From IMG/VR virus record IMGVR_UViG_3300036760_000150, positions 64,001 through 128,000 of that record: a stretch of DNA of 64,000 nucleotides, one strand, 5' to 3'. The notes beneath the pieces are model-generated. The model did no database searches. It saw only the letters and a program-made list of their open reading frames with translations, and had not been told where the DNA came from. Origin of the DNA: a virus. Both the position numbers and the translations under genes were made by a program. The number at the start of each line of letters is the position of its first letter. The stretch's first letter is position 1. Positions 44,025-54,432 of this stretch are shown here, piece after piece.

Positions 44025-46856
44025 ATGGCGCTACAACAAGTCAATTCTGATGGCTCGGTACTTATTGTCCCGTCGTCATCTGTAAACATAACGGTTGCCA
44101 CACAACCCACTGGTATCGCCACAAGTGGCATCTTAGCATTACTTGGTGAGGCGGACGAAGGTCCTGCTTGGAACGACTCAGGAGAGAGTCTGTCAAGCCT
44201 CAGCTTTAGTCCTGTTGACAGCGATCGTGTCGCTGCCAAGTTCGGCTCAGGCCGTCTCGTCGACGCATTCAGGAACATCGGTCAACCCTCAGCTTCTCCT
44301 AAGGTCGGTGGTGGTCCTAACAGGATCATCCTCATCAAGACGAACTCGTCCACAAAAGCCTCCAGCACAACTGCTGATAGTTCTGGTACGTTCAGCGCCA
44401 AGCGTGCTGGACAGCCTGGGAACCTCATAAAATACAGCATCTCAGACAACGTCTCTGAGTCTGCTCCTACCACAGACTCTTTCTCCTATGTGCCCTCGTC
44501 ATCTTCGTCAGCTCTGGCTGCCAGGGTGAACGGTGGGTCTAGGCAGACCTTGTCTATCTCTGCCAACACTACTCCTACAGCGTTGGCCGCCTCTATAACG
44601 GCGCTCTCTAACTTGAACGCCGTAGGCGGCATCAACCGGAGTGTTCTCTCTGGTTTGTCTGGTCAGAACATCAGCCTGACAGTTGTGTCAGGTCAAGTCG
44701 TCGATATAGCGCTTGCTCTAGGTCAAGTTTTCGCAACCGCACCTCAAGTAGGTGACACTGCTCGCATACCTGCTGGATCAGTTATAGAAGGTGGTTCTGC
44801 TGAGAACGTAGGTTGGTACCTCGTGACGGCAGTCGTCAACACGACCTCGACGGCCAAGATCACTGCGACCAAGATCACCTCTGGTGCTCCTGCCAACGTG
44901 GCAGCGACCCCTATCTCCGGCACCCCAGACAACGACCTTATCGACTACAGCTACATGAGAGTCGACGACATGAGTGGTGAGAACCGTAACATACTCACCG
45001 GTCTGGTTGGTCAGACAGCAACTGTGACTGTGGCAAGCTCTAGCTTGACGTTCACCCTGGCCTCTGGTCAGGTGTTCCCTTCGTCTCCTAAGATCGGTGA
45101 CATAGTCTACATCCCATCAGGCTCTGCGTACCAAGGTGCAGGTAACGCCAACGTAGGTTGGTACTCTGTCACCTCGGTCAGCAACACGACCTCGTCAGCA
45201 TTCCTGACCGCATCTCGGTTGTCAAATGGCAACCCTGTCGCTGTCGGCTCCACAGCCATCGTAGCTACGTCTGATGTCCAAGACTACAGACGTGACATCG
45301 ACGGTGTAGGTAAATCCCTTGAGATCCGTGACAACAGTGGCACCGTGAGTATCACGACCATATTAAAGCAGCTGGGTGTCAACTCATCTGTCACGTGGAT
45401 CAGCTCCTCGTCATCGCCTCAACTCCTCGTCTCAGGCGCTGAGATGCAGAAGTCCGTCAGGTTGGTGAGAAGCTCCACGAACAGCTCTGAGACGTTCAAC
45501 ATCGGTGGTAACATATCGCTTCAGGTGAGCTACCAACCTAGCTCTACGTCTGGTACAGCTACCTTGACCATCTTGACGTCGTCTGGCACACGTAGACTTC
45601 AGACCTCTGTGTCTGGTGGTCCTGGTGTCAACCTAGACATCGACCTCAGCACGGTGCCTACGATCAACGACCTAGTCAACATAATCAACTCCAACACTGG
45701 CTACAGTGCCCAGGCGTTCACCGCCACTGAAGGACAGAGAAGCACCATGGTCCTTGACCAAGTGACAGCTATGGGTATCTGCACAGAGCTTGGAACCAAA
45801 CCTGGCCGCATCAAGTCTGACCTCTACGACTTGACGCTGGGTCAGTCAGGGTTCAGGAACTCTGTACTCATCACGTACTCGTCAGCGTCGCTCGCTGGCC
45901 TGCCCGAGTCTCAGTCTGACACATTCCTCTCTGGTGGAGCTAAAGGTGCATCTACCGGTCTTCAGTTCTCAAACGCCATCGATGCGTTGAAATCTGTCAG
46001 ATGCAACTTCGTCATCCCGTTGGTCAGTCAAGACGCGTCTGACGATGCTGCTGATGGTCTCACAGATGGATCTTCCACCTACCAGGTGGACGCTGTCAAC
46101 CAACTCGTGAAGTCTCACGTGTTGGCTATGTCGACGCCTAAGATCAAACGTCACCGCATCGCTGTGGTGTCCAAGAAGGATACCTTCGACAACGCGAAGC
46201 AATCTGCTCAGAACATGTCTAGCTTCAGGGTCGCCCACACGTTCGAGGATGTGCTAGGGGTAGGGTCTGACGGTAACACCAAGCAGTTTCAGCCTTGGTT
46301 AGCAGCAGCTACAGCTGCCTCGTTCCAAGCTGCCGCGTTCTCTCGCACTATCTTCAACAAGGCCATCAACATCAGCGGTGCCCTTCAGGACGCTGGCGAT
46401 TGGCACGACGAGAACGTCACAGACGTAGAGAATGCCCTACTCGCAGGTTTGCTGCCAATCGTTCGACAGTCTAACGGTCAGTTGGTGTTCGCAAGTGACC
46501 AGATGACGTACGGTGTCGACAACAACTTCGTCTACAACAGCATGCAGGCTGTGTACACCTCAGACCTCATGGCTCTGAGTCTCGCTGACAGTCTCCAGAC
46601 AGCTTTCGTCGGTGAGGTCACAGCTGATGTCACACCTGCTGCAGTCATCGCCTTCATCAAGTCTAAGATGATCGAGTTTTTGAACCTCAAGTTCACGGCC
46701 TCGACAGACAAGTTCCCCGCTGGATGGAAAGATATAACCGTCAACATCAGTGTACCTTCAATGTTCGTTAAAGTAGTTGCCATTCTATCAAGTGGGATTT
46801 ACTTCATTCCTATCGATCTTGTCATTGAAGGTGTAAGTTCCAGTGCGGCTGCTTAA
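44025..46856 (+). CDS. Contractile tail sheath protein with duplicated inserted domain
   Basis: ILALLGEADEGP, FGSGRL, FLSGGAKG and C-terminal sheath domain; precedes tube. Confidence 0.9.
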   Translation: MALQQVNSDGSVLIVPSSSVNITVATQPTGIATSGILALLGEADEGPAWNDSGESLSSLSFSPVDSDRVAAKFGSGRLVDAFRNIGQPSASPKVGGGPNRIILIKTNSSTKASSTTADSSGTFSAKRAGQPGNLIKYSISDNVSESAPTTDSFSYVPSSSSSALAARVNGGSRQTLSISANTTPTALAASITALSNLNAVGGINRSVLSGLSGQNISLTVVSGQVVDIALALGQVFATAPQVGDTARIPAGSVIEGGSAENVGWYLVTAVVNTTSTAKITATKITSGAPANVAATPISGTPDNDLIDYSYMRVDDMSGENRNILTGLVGQTATVTVASSSLTFTLASGQVFPSSPKIGDIVYIPSGSAYQGAGNANVGWYSVTSVSNTTSSAFLTASRLSNGNPVAVGSTAIVATSDVQDYRRDIDGVGKSLEIRDNSGTVSITTILKQLGVNSSVTWISSSSSPQLLVSGAEMQKSVRLVRSSTNSSETFNIGGNISLQVSYQPSSTSGTATLTILTSSGTRRLQTSVSGGPGVNLDIDLSTVPTINDLVNIINSNTGYSAQAFTATEGQRSTMVLDQVTAMGICTELGTKPGRIKSDLYDLTLGQSGFRNSVLITYSSASLAGLPESQSDTFLSGGAKGASTGLQFSNAIDALKSVRCNFVIPLVSQDASDDAADGLTDGSSTYQVDAVNQLVKSHVLAMSTPKIKRHRIAVVSKKDTFDNAKQSAQNMSSFRVAHTFEDVLGVGSDGNTKQFQPWLAAATAASFQAAAFSRTIFNKAINISGALQDAGDWHDENVTDVENALLAGLLPIVRQSNGQLVFASDQMTYGVDNNFVYNSMQAVYTSDLMALSLADSLQTAFVGEVTADVTPAAVIAFIKSKMIEFLNLKFTASTDKFPAGWKDITVNISVPSMFVKVVAILSSGIYFIPIDLVIEGVSSSAAA

Positions 46857-46875
46857 AAGTTAAGGAGATCATAAG

Positions 46876-47349
46876 ATGTCAGACATCATCCACGGTAGTA
46901 GAGCTTTAGTTAAGATCCAAGGGCAGCCTGTGGGTTTGTTCACACAGTGCTCATGGGGTCAGGCTATGGGCTTGGTACCTATCCACATCCTAGGTGCTTT
47001 CGCACCAGTTGACACAGTATGGACTCACCAAGACGCCATCGCGGTCGACCTGACTGGGTTCCACATGATCGAGAAAGATGTGTACGTGAAAGCTGGCATG
47101 CCTAAGCTGCAAGAGATGCTCACGAAAGGTGACATCACCATCACTGTCGAGGACAGGCAGACTGGCAAGGAGATCATGAGCGTGTCCAACGTGAAGATGT
47201 ACCGTTGGGGCACTGCCACCAACGCCCGCGACATCTCGACGTTCACGGTAAGCGGTCTCGGACTCAAGATCACGACGTCTGGTAACCTCAGTGACGGTGA
47301 AGCGCCGAACGCGGCCCATCTGCCTTCTGACACCAGTCGTATAGTTTAA
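46876..47349 (+). CDS. Tail tube protein
   Basis: 157 aa directly after sheath; strong SD; PIHILG...ITVEDRQTG. Confidence 0.8.
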   Translation: MSDIIHGSRALVKIQGQPVGLFTQCSWGQAMGLVPIHILGAFAPVDTVWTHQDAIAVDLTGFHMIEKDVYVKAGMPKLQEMLTKGDITITVEDRQTGKEIMSVSNVKMYRWGTATNARDISTFTVSGLGLKITTSGNLSDGEAPNAAHLPSDTSRIV

Positions 47350-47376
47350 GAGTTTTTACTTGGGAGAATGTGAAGT

Positions 47377-48089
47377 ATGTTATCAAATGACCTAAAATTT
47401 AGGTTGACACATGCACTAACGAGTGAGCCTCTATCTGAGGAGTTATCTAGTACAATAGATGACATCAACAAGAGGTCAAGTGGCGAGAACGCGTACGACG
47501 GTGATAAGTCCTTTCAGCCGATCGCTCCAGATCTCAGCGTGTCTGATGACGTAGGCAGCGATGATGGGTCTAACCCTAAGTTCATCGCAGCTGTGATGGG
47601 CAACATCCTTGGAGCGTCTCTAACCAAAGCTGCCAACTACCTTGCCGGTGTGATAGGTGCCTTCAGCGTCACTGGAACTAAAACATCTACCTACCCAACT
47701 GGTGCAGTCCTTGCGCAGGTCTCCGACGGTGTCACACAAGCTGACGGTGCAGTTGTCGCGTACGTCGACGGAGACAGTGCAGTTACGAAGGCTAACGCAG
47801 CATTCAAGGCCATGTCTAACAACAGCAACGCTGGGTCTGGCTTTGACTACGGACTTGATCTTCGTTCACCTGGCCACGACGGCTACAACGCCCTCGCTAT
47901 ACTTAAGGCCAACAGTCGCTCCCCCAACGAGGTCTGTGACCTCGAAGGAAGTGGAGCACCAGTTGACGGTACAACCGGCTTGAACTTCGCAGGCAAAGGT
48001 TCCCGCTACACCGACTACGCAGCTGGTGAGATGTACATCAACACCGGCACTAAAGCAGCCCAGTCTGGAAACAAGTAACTCACGCTTAA
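47377..48089 (+). CDS. Virion decoration or fibre protein (apparent 1-nt frameshift near the end)
   Basis: GSGAPVDG...GSRYTD...YINTGTKAA continues in the -1 frame as PVWKQVTHA* (stop 48087-48089); track ORF stops at 48078. Confidence 0.6.
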
Positions 48090-48108
48090 CTAAGGAGAAG
48101 AATATTTT

Positions 48109-49146
48109 ATGAGCGCACTTTCTAAAGAAGCAGCCGACCGCCTCAAAGGTGCTTTGACATCAAACGAGATCGGTGATGAGATCGCAGAGATACTTCATAA
48201 AGTATCACATCTTGGTAGTTCTTTGTCTAGGTATGTAGACCCCAACAAGGGGAGTGATACCAAGGGAGACGGAACTGCAAGTAGCCCATTCAAGACGTTG
48301 AAGAGGGCTCAGTCTACGATCACAGATGCATCGATAGACAGGCAGTACGTCTTGTTCTGTTCTCCAGGTACTTACTTGGAAGCGTCAGACTACGAGTACA
48401 AACCAAACATCTCCATAGTGGGTGCTGGCATCGGGGTTACCATTATCGGTAGAGAAGATAACGGTCCTATGTACCTTCACTACGGTACAGATCCATCTTT
48501 CAACTTGTTCATGAACGCGTCCTTCAACAGCAGCGAGAACATCATCGAGCGTCGTCCTGGTGAGTTCAACGACGGTAACACCTGGTTCCTCGACTCTGAG
48601 GTCTTTGGACTGTCCGCTACTGGGTCTGGACTTGATGACCTGATCGGGTACGATGCCATAACAGTTCAAGGCTGTCTTATCAGAGGGTCTCCGTTCTTCG
48701 GTGCCGTCTCTGCTAACATAGTTAACTCACGTACCAACCCAGATGTGTACATCTACACGGAAGGGGTTGATGGAGTTAATACATCGCCAGTCAGAAGCAC
48801 CATCTACAACTGCAAACTTAGCCGTGTAAAGGTCTACGAGTTTGCCCAGGTGGTTGCACGTAACTCCCAGGTCAACAAGTGGTTCCTGAACGGTACAGAC
48901 TGTTTTGTGTCTAGAGATGTTGTCTCTATGACAACTACCCCAGACGGCTACATCGGTGGGGCAACTGTCGACCAGACTGAGATGGTCAGTCCAGTGTCAA
49001 TGTTGGATCAAGGTACAGTCAAGACGTCATCGATGACCACAGCTGAGCGAGATGCACTTACTGCAAAAGCAGGTATGATCATCTTCAACACAAGTACGTC
49101 AAAGCACCAAGGTTTTGATGGTACATCTTGGAACAACTTATACTGA
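48109..49146 (+). CDS. Virion fibre or spike with pectin-lyase-like (DUF1565-type) beta-helix
   Basis: YVDPNKGSDTKGDGTASSPFKTLKRA...PGTY; C-terminal MTTAERDAL...GMIIFNT...FDGTSW. Confidence 0.72.
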   Translation: MSALSKEAADRLKGALTSNEIGDEIAEILHKVSHLGSSLSRYVDPNKGSDTKGDGTASSPFKTLKRAQSTITDASIDRQYVLFCSPGTYLEASDYEYKPNISIVGAGIGVTIIGREDNGPMYLHYGTDPSFNLFMNASFNSSENIIERRPGEFNDGNTWFLDSEVFGLSATGSGLDDLIGYDAITVQGCLIRGSPFFGAVSANIVNSRTNPDVYIYTEGVDGVNTSPVRSTIYNCKLSRVKVYEFAQVVARNSQVNKWFLNGTDCFVSRDVVSMTTTPDGYIGGATVDQTEMVSPVSMLDQGTVKTSSMTTAERDALTAKAGMIIFNTSTSKHQGFDGTSWNNLY

Positions 49147-49164
49147 TAGGAATAAGGATAATAT

Positions 49165-49341
49165 ATGGCAAAACCAACTAAAACTACGAAAACAGTTGTG
49201 GTCTGCAACAGCAACGACCCCGATAAGCGTCCTCTGAAGGCTGCGACATGGGAGAAGGAAGATGAACCATGTTTGAAGATCGAGGATGTCAAGAGTGGCC
49301 CCAACGCAGGTAAATGCGTCGCCACAGTTCAAGACGGCTGA
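49165..49341 (+). CDS. Small hypothetical protein (58 aa)
   Basis: SD TAAGGA; MAKPTKTTKTVVVC...; ends before a terminator. Confidence 0.6.
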   Translation: MAKPTKTTKTVVVCNSNDPDKRPLKAATWEKEDEPCLKIEDVKSGPNAGKCVATVQDG

Positions 49342-49367
49342 TATCTTCCTAACATTCTTTTAAATTA

Positions 49368-49404
49368 ACCCCTGATGGTTACTCTGTCAGGGGTCTTTTT
49401 TTTT
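49368..49404 (+). terminator. Rho-independent terminator ending the tail operon
   Basis: ACCCCTGATGG/CTGTCAGGGGT stem plus T9, at a convergent gene junction. Confidence 0.85.
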
Positions 49405-49408
49405 GAAG

Positions 49409-49951
49409 TCACATTAAACTATGTGAATTGCATATGACGGCAATTATGACGTAGTGAGTTAGATGGTGAACCATCTGATCAAAGCCTAACGACCACCAGA
49501 ACAGCTTGTTGCTGCGAAGACGATCGTGCCACTCAAGCTTCTCCGTGTTCAGTCCAGCTCGCACCTCGGCAGCCATAGGAAGAGTTTCTTGTGATAAACT
49601 GAGATCTCTAATCTCTTGTGTGAACTGAGATACTACGTCGTTGTGTTCTTTAAAATCATCCTTAGTCAACGCGGTGTAACGACCAAGCATCTTGGGTGAG
49701 GCTTTTATACGATCCATGATGAAGTGTGCAGTGAAGTCGAACAATGCCAGACATGACGCTAACAGGCCAACCCCAGCATACATAGACGCGATAACTATGG
49801 TGAACAGGCTGTGAACTGCGCAGTGTGTAGCCAACGGTTGCACCCATCCTTTATCTTTGAACTTCCCCAGCATGTAAGGTGTCTGAAGCGGGTAGTCGGC
49901 CAGGAAGTGTTTGATCTGGTATATGACAATCAACAGCAACATTTCGTTCAT
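49409..49951 (-). CDS. DUF3307-family membrane protein
   Basis: KHFLADYPLQ, HCAVH, HFIMD..K, GFDQMVH. Confidence 0.8.
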   Translation of the reverse strand: MNEMLLLIVIYQIKHFLADYPLQTPYMLGKFKDKGWVQPLATHCAVHSLFTIVIASMYAGVGLLASCLALFDFTAHFIMDRIKASPKMLGRYTALTKDDFKEHNDVVSQFTQEIRDLSLSQETLPMAAEVRAGLNTEKLEWHDRLRSNKLFWWSLGFDQMVHHLTHYVIIAVICNSHSLM

Positions 49952-50130
49952 AGGACTTCTTTTAATACCTTCTGTAACTTCTTGATCCCAGCTTTCTTGA
50001 GTATTACTGTAGAGTTCATCATGTAGCTGCCACCCACATACTGGCTCAATACGATGTCGCCGTCAGAATAGACTTCGGCATGTATCGAGAACTTCCTGCC
50101 AACTCTTATCTTCGTCGTTTTAATCTTCAT
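49948..50130 (-). CDS. Hypothetical protein
   Basis: Coupled small ORF. Confidence 0.5.
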   Translation of the reverse strand: MKIKTTKIRVGRKFSIHAEVYSDGDIVLSQYVGGSYMMNSTVILKKAGIKKLQKVLKEVL

Positions 50131-50144
50131 GAGAGACATATTCT

Positions 50145-50576
50145 TTATCCCTCACCCTCTTTGGTTATCAGATCGTTAAAAGCTGTCACTTCTTCTGCAG
50201 AGAGCGCAGCGGATTTACCCTCGTCTAAGAAACATTCAGCCTCATCTTTGCTTAGAACTCTGACCGATACTTCACTTAGTTCACGAGAGGTGTCATACTC
50301 GGTTTGGTCGATCGGTGAGTTGCATTGGTAAGACTCAAGCTCCATCAAGCCGTAGATCTCATAAACATGATCGTCTTCGTCTGGATTGATGCCAGCTTCC
50401 TTGACGAACTCCTCAAGCTCGCTCCATTCCATCATAGATAGCTCTTCTCTGGCCCACCCACTAGCGTCGTTACCTAGTGTGAACGTGAAAGCTAATGGGA
50501 ACACGTCGTTGTGCAACACCTCGATGCCACGGTGACTGTCAACTCTCTCGCATATGACTCTGAAGTAAGCTTTCAT
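50145..50576 (-). CDS. Hypothetical acidic protein
   Basis: 143 aa; ATGA overlap. Confidence 0.6.
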   Translation of the reverse strand: MKAYFRVICERVDSHRGIEVLHNDVFPLAFTFTLGNDASGWAREELSMMEWSELEEFVKEAGINPDEDDHVYEIYGLMELESYQCNSPIDQTEYDTSRELSEVSVRVLSKDEAECFLDEGKSAALSAEEVTAFNDLITKEGEG

Positions 50577-50878
50577 GAGTTTTCCTTGGTTGTGATCTTC
50601 TTAACTTTCATCTCAGCCCATCTATCATGAGCGATATTATCGCATTCCTCGAATTTTTTCAAGTTCTTCTTTGTGCCCTCGATGACTATCTCTGTGCGCC
50701 CTTCATGATTATGTAGATCTATGAGATCTTTAACTTTAAGAAAGGTTGTAACTGTCTTGTGTTTGGTTATCCACGTGAAGCTACCAGTTCCATCACCAAA
50801 GATAATCCCTTCAGCCACCACGCCAACGCCGCTGTTTCCGTGCACATCGATATGTCTCATAAGATAGAACTTCTTCAT
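50573..50878 (-). CDS. Conserved phage hypothetical protein
   Basis: FYLMRHIDVHGNSGVGVVAEGIIFGDG...HNHEGRT, a recurrent phage motif. Confidence 0.7.
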   Translation of the reverse strand: MKKFYLMRHIDVHGNSGVGVVAEGIIFGDGTGSFTWITKHKTVTTFLKVKDLIDLHNHEGRTEIVIEGTKKNLKKFEECDNIAHDRWAEMKVKKITTKENS

Positions 50879-51063
50879 TTTCTTTCTTCTACCCAGCTAC
50901 AGCATCCTCTTCTACATCGACCCATCATGGTGTTAGGATGTACAAGTAGAACTGGCCCATACCACTTAAAGAGGTGTTTTTTACCCTTCCAGTTAGGCCT
51001 TCTCAAGTCTAACAGATCTACCTGCAGTAACCAGCCGGATCTAAGCTTCTTGAGAAATCTCAT
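50875..51063 (-). CDS. Small basic hypothetical protein
   Basis: Coupled on both sides. Confidence 0.5.
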   Translation of the reverse strand: MRFLKKLRSGWLLQVDLLDLRRPNWKGKKHLFKWYGPVLLVHPNTMMGRCRRGCCSWVEERK

Positions 51064-51329
51064 GTCTCTTCCTTATATGTGTCCAACAGTTTCATGCCAC
51101 GATCCTTTGTGTCTACAAGTAGACGCTTGGCAAGGATTGCAGATCTCTGCTCATCCAACGTGATCTGGTACAGTCTGTTGTCGATCACTATGTTGATGTT
51201 CAATAGGCCGTGCGTGTTGAAGTATGCATCTAGGTGATTCATACCGAGGTCTTCCGAGAGGTCATGGAGCTTCTTCCTGTAGATCTTCGATGTGATATTC
51301 CTGGACGTCACGGTGCTTTTGATGTTCAT
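51060..51329 (-). CDS. Hypothetical protein
   Basis: SD GGAGG then MNIKSTV. Confidence 0.55.
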   Translation of the reverse strand: MNIKSTVTSRNITSKIYRKKLHDLSEDLGMNHLDAYFNTHGLLNINIVIDNRLYQITLDEQRSAILAKRLLVDTKDRGMKLLDTYKEET

Positions 51330-51526
51330 ACTGCCTCCATAACATGAGTTATCTCTCCCATAGCTACCCTGACGCCCTCTTTGGTGAAGTACCACACGAA
51401 CCTCGTTCGATCATCTCTGCGGTCTATCGTCACAGTGCCGTTGTAGTAGATAGAACGCCAGTACCGCACCTTGGTGTCCTTTGGTAGATTTGTCTTGTCT
51501 ATGTGAGGTTGGTATGAACCTATCAT
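51326..51526 (-). CDS. Hypothetical protein
   Basis: SD GGAGG then MIGSYQPH; ATGA overlaps. Confidence 0.55.
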   Translation of the reverse strand: MIGSYQPHIDKTNLPKDTKVRYWRSIYYNGTVTIDRRDDRTRFVWYFTKEGVRVAMGEITHVMEAV

Positions 51527-52258
51527 GCGGCCTCCATCTTTGAGATCTTCTCTCTTATAGATGACTTGGGGAACCACGTGTTGACGTGTGTGGTTGTTTG
51601 CAGCGAAGTTCTCAGCTCGTCGAGAGATCCTTCGGTGAAGCTCACGCCGATGTTCTCAGCGCATTATAGGGCCAATGCCAGCAGTGACCGACCGAGGATC
51701 TGTCAAGGTGAGACCGCAGATGGCGCACCGCGACATCCTCTGCCCAGACAGGATGAAGGTGGCCTTGTAGGCGCGGTCTGTCTCGCACTCAACAGACGTA
51801 ACCTCAAGCGTGTAGTGCGGCCTCGTCAGCCCTGCCTTCTGTCCCACCTCTCTGGCCAGCCACCTTGACACATTGATGATGTCGCCAGGTTTGAGACTGA
51901 AGTTGGTGGTCTGTCGTGCAGAAGTAGGTTGTACAGTAGTTCTGGTGATCGCTTTCCTGACGCTGGCCACCTGCTTGGGTGAGAGGTGTCCTTTGAACGC
52001 CAGCTGCGACTTGAGGCTGATGTAGAAGTGGAAGTTGCCGGTGTACTGTTTCAACCACTCCACGACGTCGGCGTTCTCCACGTGGAACGGTTTGGTAGAG
52101 TGCACCTGGGATACGCCGTGGAAGTCGTCGCAGTTGAAGTTGTCTGGCACACACAAAATAGTAGGCTCGGCGGTCGCTGTTGCGCCGCTGCTCATGAGGA
52201 AGTCGCGGAACTGCGATATGTACTTAGGATCTGTCTCAGTGATCTTGACCAACATGAT
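51523..52258 (-). CDS. DUF6011-domain Zn-finger protein (apparent 1-nt insertion near 51665)
   Basis: CAICGLTLTDPRSVTAGIGPI; removing one base restores ...GPICAENIG...MEAA* with an ATGA overlap to the next gene. Confidence 0.7.
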
Positions 52259-52335
52259 ACCCCCTAGACACATAGGATACTACGATGTGGTGTTGAAAGT
52301 CAACTAGTATAAAATGTAATGATAATAAGTAGTTA

Positions 52336-52725
52336 TCAGCAATTATTCATCAAATAGGCGCTGTAAGCTCTAAAACACTTGGAAGAGCATACGGTATTGT
52401 CATTGTAATCTTTGCCTACGTAATACATCTCGCCGCAGTTGGCACATCTACCTCTAGGGTAATTTCTGACTGGGTGTGAGTTGTCCACCTCTTCGTAGGA
52501 TATAATAGCTGGGAACTGTGCTTTAGTTGGGTCAATTACCGCACCGTCTGGTGTCTTCAACCACCAATGCTCTCTCTTGCCCCAGAATGCATCTTCTACG
52601 AAGCCGTTGGTGATCTCTAGTTCGGGGTACTCAGCTTTCATGAGTTTTACAGCCTCTGCGCATAGACCGCAGGCTGTATCGCGGTTGTACTTAGATTTTA
52701 TCCATTCTTCGTATCTGTCCATCAA
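52336..52725 (-). CDS. Hypothetical protein (Cys/His motifs, C-terminal Zn finger)
   Basis: GLCAEA...EHWWL...IDPT (papain/transglutaminase-like C-H-D possible); CANC...CSSKC. Confidence 0.55.
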   Translation of the reverse strand: MMDRYEEWIKSKYNRDTACGLCAEAVKLMKAEYPELEITNGFVEDAFWGKREHWWLKTPDGAVIDPTKAQFPAIISYEEVDNSHPVRNYPRGRCANCGEMYYVGKDYNDNTVCSSKCFRAYSAYLMNNC

Positions 52726-53345
52726 TCTACACCAAAGAACCTAGGTGTACCATCAGGATAGAACCTCAAGGTATCTTCTTTTGGGTTGTTGTAGTCTATG
52801 GTTGCGCATGCTTTGGATATTTCAAGTAGTGTGCCGTTGCAGGCTGTGTAGCCTTTCTGGATGTACTTCTGCATGCGCTCAAGTGTTGATAGTGGAAATG
52901 TGATCTTGTTGACACGCAGATGTTTGGCCAACGTGTCTTGGAAGAATGTTTGGTTACAACGGAAGGCATCATCTACCAACATGGCACAGCATATAGTGTA
53001 GTCGAACGAGTCGATCACTGCTGTAGTGGTCATATCGTAGTACTTACTTTTGATTAACTGGAACCATCTGCCTTCCCATTTGATGTTCAACAAGGCGTCG
53101 TTCTCATTGATGATCTTAACTGCGTCGCCATTCTTAGCTAGCTTGTTCCAATATTTTATCAAGGTATCTTCTGCCTCTTTGTCGTTTGAGAATATGTCGA
53201 TGTCCTTGATCTCAACGTCAGATAGGTAGTCTCTTATGGCTCCACCAGCTATTGCATACTTCTTTGGATCAAGCTGATCAGCTGCGATCTTCTCAAAGAA
53301 GATCTTCTTGTAGTAGAACTTCATCTTGTCAAGGTTTTTCATCAT
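52722..53345 (-). CDS. Nucleotidyltransferase (CCA/poly(A) polymerase head-like)
   Basis: IAGGAIRD...KDIDIF, FDYTIC, RMQKYIQKGY. Confidence 0.82.
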   Translation of the reverse strand: MMKNLDKMKFYYKKIFFEKIAADQLDPKKYAIAGGAIRDYLSDVEIKDIDIFSNDKEAEDTLIKYWNKLAKNGDAVKIINENDALLNIKWEGRWFQLIKSKYYDMTTTAVIDSFDYTICCAMLVDDAFRCNQTFFQDTLAKHLRVNKITFPLSTLERMQKYIQKGYTACNGTLLEISKACATIDYNNPKEDTLRFYPDGTPRFFGVD

Positions 53346-53829
53346 CAGTCCCATAAGTCACCCATGTAGCTATAGGTTCATCGTTCCATCCAAGGATGTG
53401 TAACTTACTCTTCTTTCTGCGTGTGACACCATTGATGTACTCCGGGCAGTCTGCGCACTCTAGTATCTCAGCTCTCAGATGAGGGTGTTTCTTCATGGCC
53501 TTCCAGTACGCATGTGAGTACACTTTTCGTTGCCACCAGAAGAACACTTCATGTAAGAACGGAATCTTGTTTAGGAAAGGAGTGATGACCTTCTGATCTA
53601 AGGTGATGAGCCATCCAGGGAACCACCCGTAGTTGTACCATCCAGGGAGACATAAGCCGTGCAGTGATAAGTTACCGAACTGGGCATAGAATCTTAAAGT
53701 GCCGTATTTTTCTTTTGATTGTCCGCCAAGTCGTCCCCAACGTACACATGTACTCTTTACGATGTATACACAGTCGTTAAGTCCTTCCCAGTCGAAATCT
53801 TCCTCACCCCATTGATGATCAGCCATCAC
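53329..53829 (-). CDS. Conserved phage hypothetical protein
   Basis: QSKEKYGTLRFY motif. Confidence 0.62.
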   Translation of the reverse strand: MMADHQWGEEDFDWEGLNDCVYIVKSTCVRWGRLGGQSKEKYGTLRFYAQFGNLSLHGLCLPGWYNYGWFPGWLITLDQKVITPFLNKIPFLHEVFFWWQRKVYSHAYWKAMKKHPHLRAEILECADCPEYINGVTRRKKSKLHILGWNDEPIATWVTYGTDDEKP

Positions 53830-54401
53830 ATCCTCCTTCCAGATCTACCGTAACCCTTCCACTCAGCTGTGGTGCATAGATCGCGCTCAGCTTGTACCCT
53901 GGTGGCCCACTCGTATGGTACAATAAGTTTACCTTTGGTCAGCCATCCTTCCAGGGCGATCTTGACGTCAAGTAACACATCGGAACCTGTGTCTGGCACG
54001 ACAACCCATCTGTCTAGCATGTTTTTGTCCTGTAAGATCTCTGCCTGCTCTTTGGTGGGAGGAGTGTCCTCTATCATGAACCACTGGTCGTCAAGGCCAC
54101 CAGTGGTGTAGATAGCCTGCAGCTTCTCCGCTCTACCAGCAAGCGGGTGCCATCCTGGGTCTTTGTTGACCTTGAAACCCTTCTCGTCTGTCTCTGTGGG
54201 CCACCAGTTGTGTATCACTTCACCTTCGCCAGCTGCAATCATGACAACCATGTCTTTCCTTGAGTTGTAGCTGACCCAGTAGATGTCGAAGTGCTTTTTC
54301 GCCCAGTTGACCAAGGTCTTGATGTAAGGCCTTAGTTGCCACTCACCTCCGTAGTGGGCGTACAGGACTCCGTCGATGTCTAAGTACAGACGTCCTTTCA
54401 T
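53826..54401 (-). CDS. HAD-superfamily phosphatase
   Basis: LYLDIDGVL, WVS, IED motifs. Confidence 0.75.
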   Translation of the reverse strand: MKGRLYLDIDGVLYAHYGGEWQLRPYIKTLVNWAKKHFDIYWVSYNSRKDMVVMIAAGEGEVIHNWWPTETDEKGFKVNKDPGWHPLAGRAEKLQAIYTTGGLDDQWFMIEDTPPTKEQAEILQDKNMLDRWVVVPDTGSDVLLDVKIALEGWLTKGKLIVPYEWATRVQAERDLCTTAEWKGYGRSGRRM

Positions 54402-54432
54402 GAGTTTTTTAAGCTCCTCACATATTCTCCTA

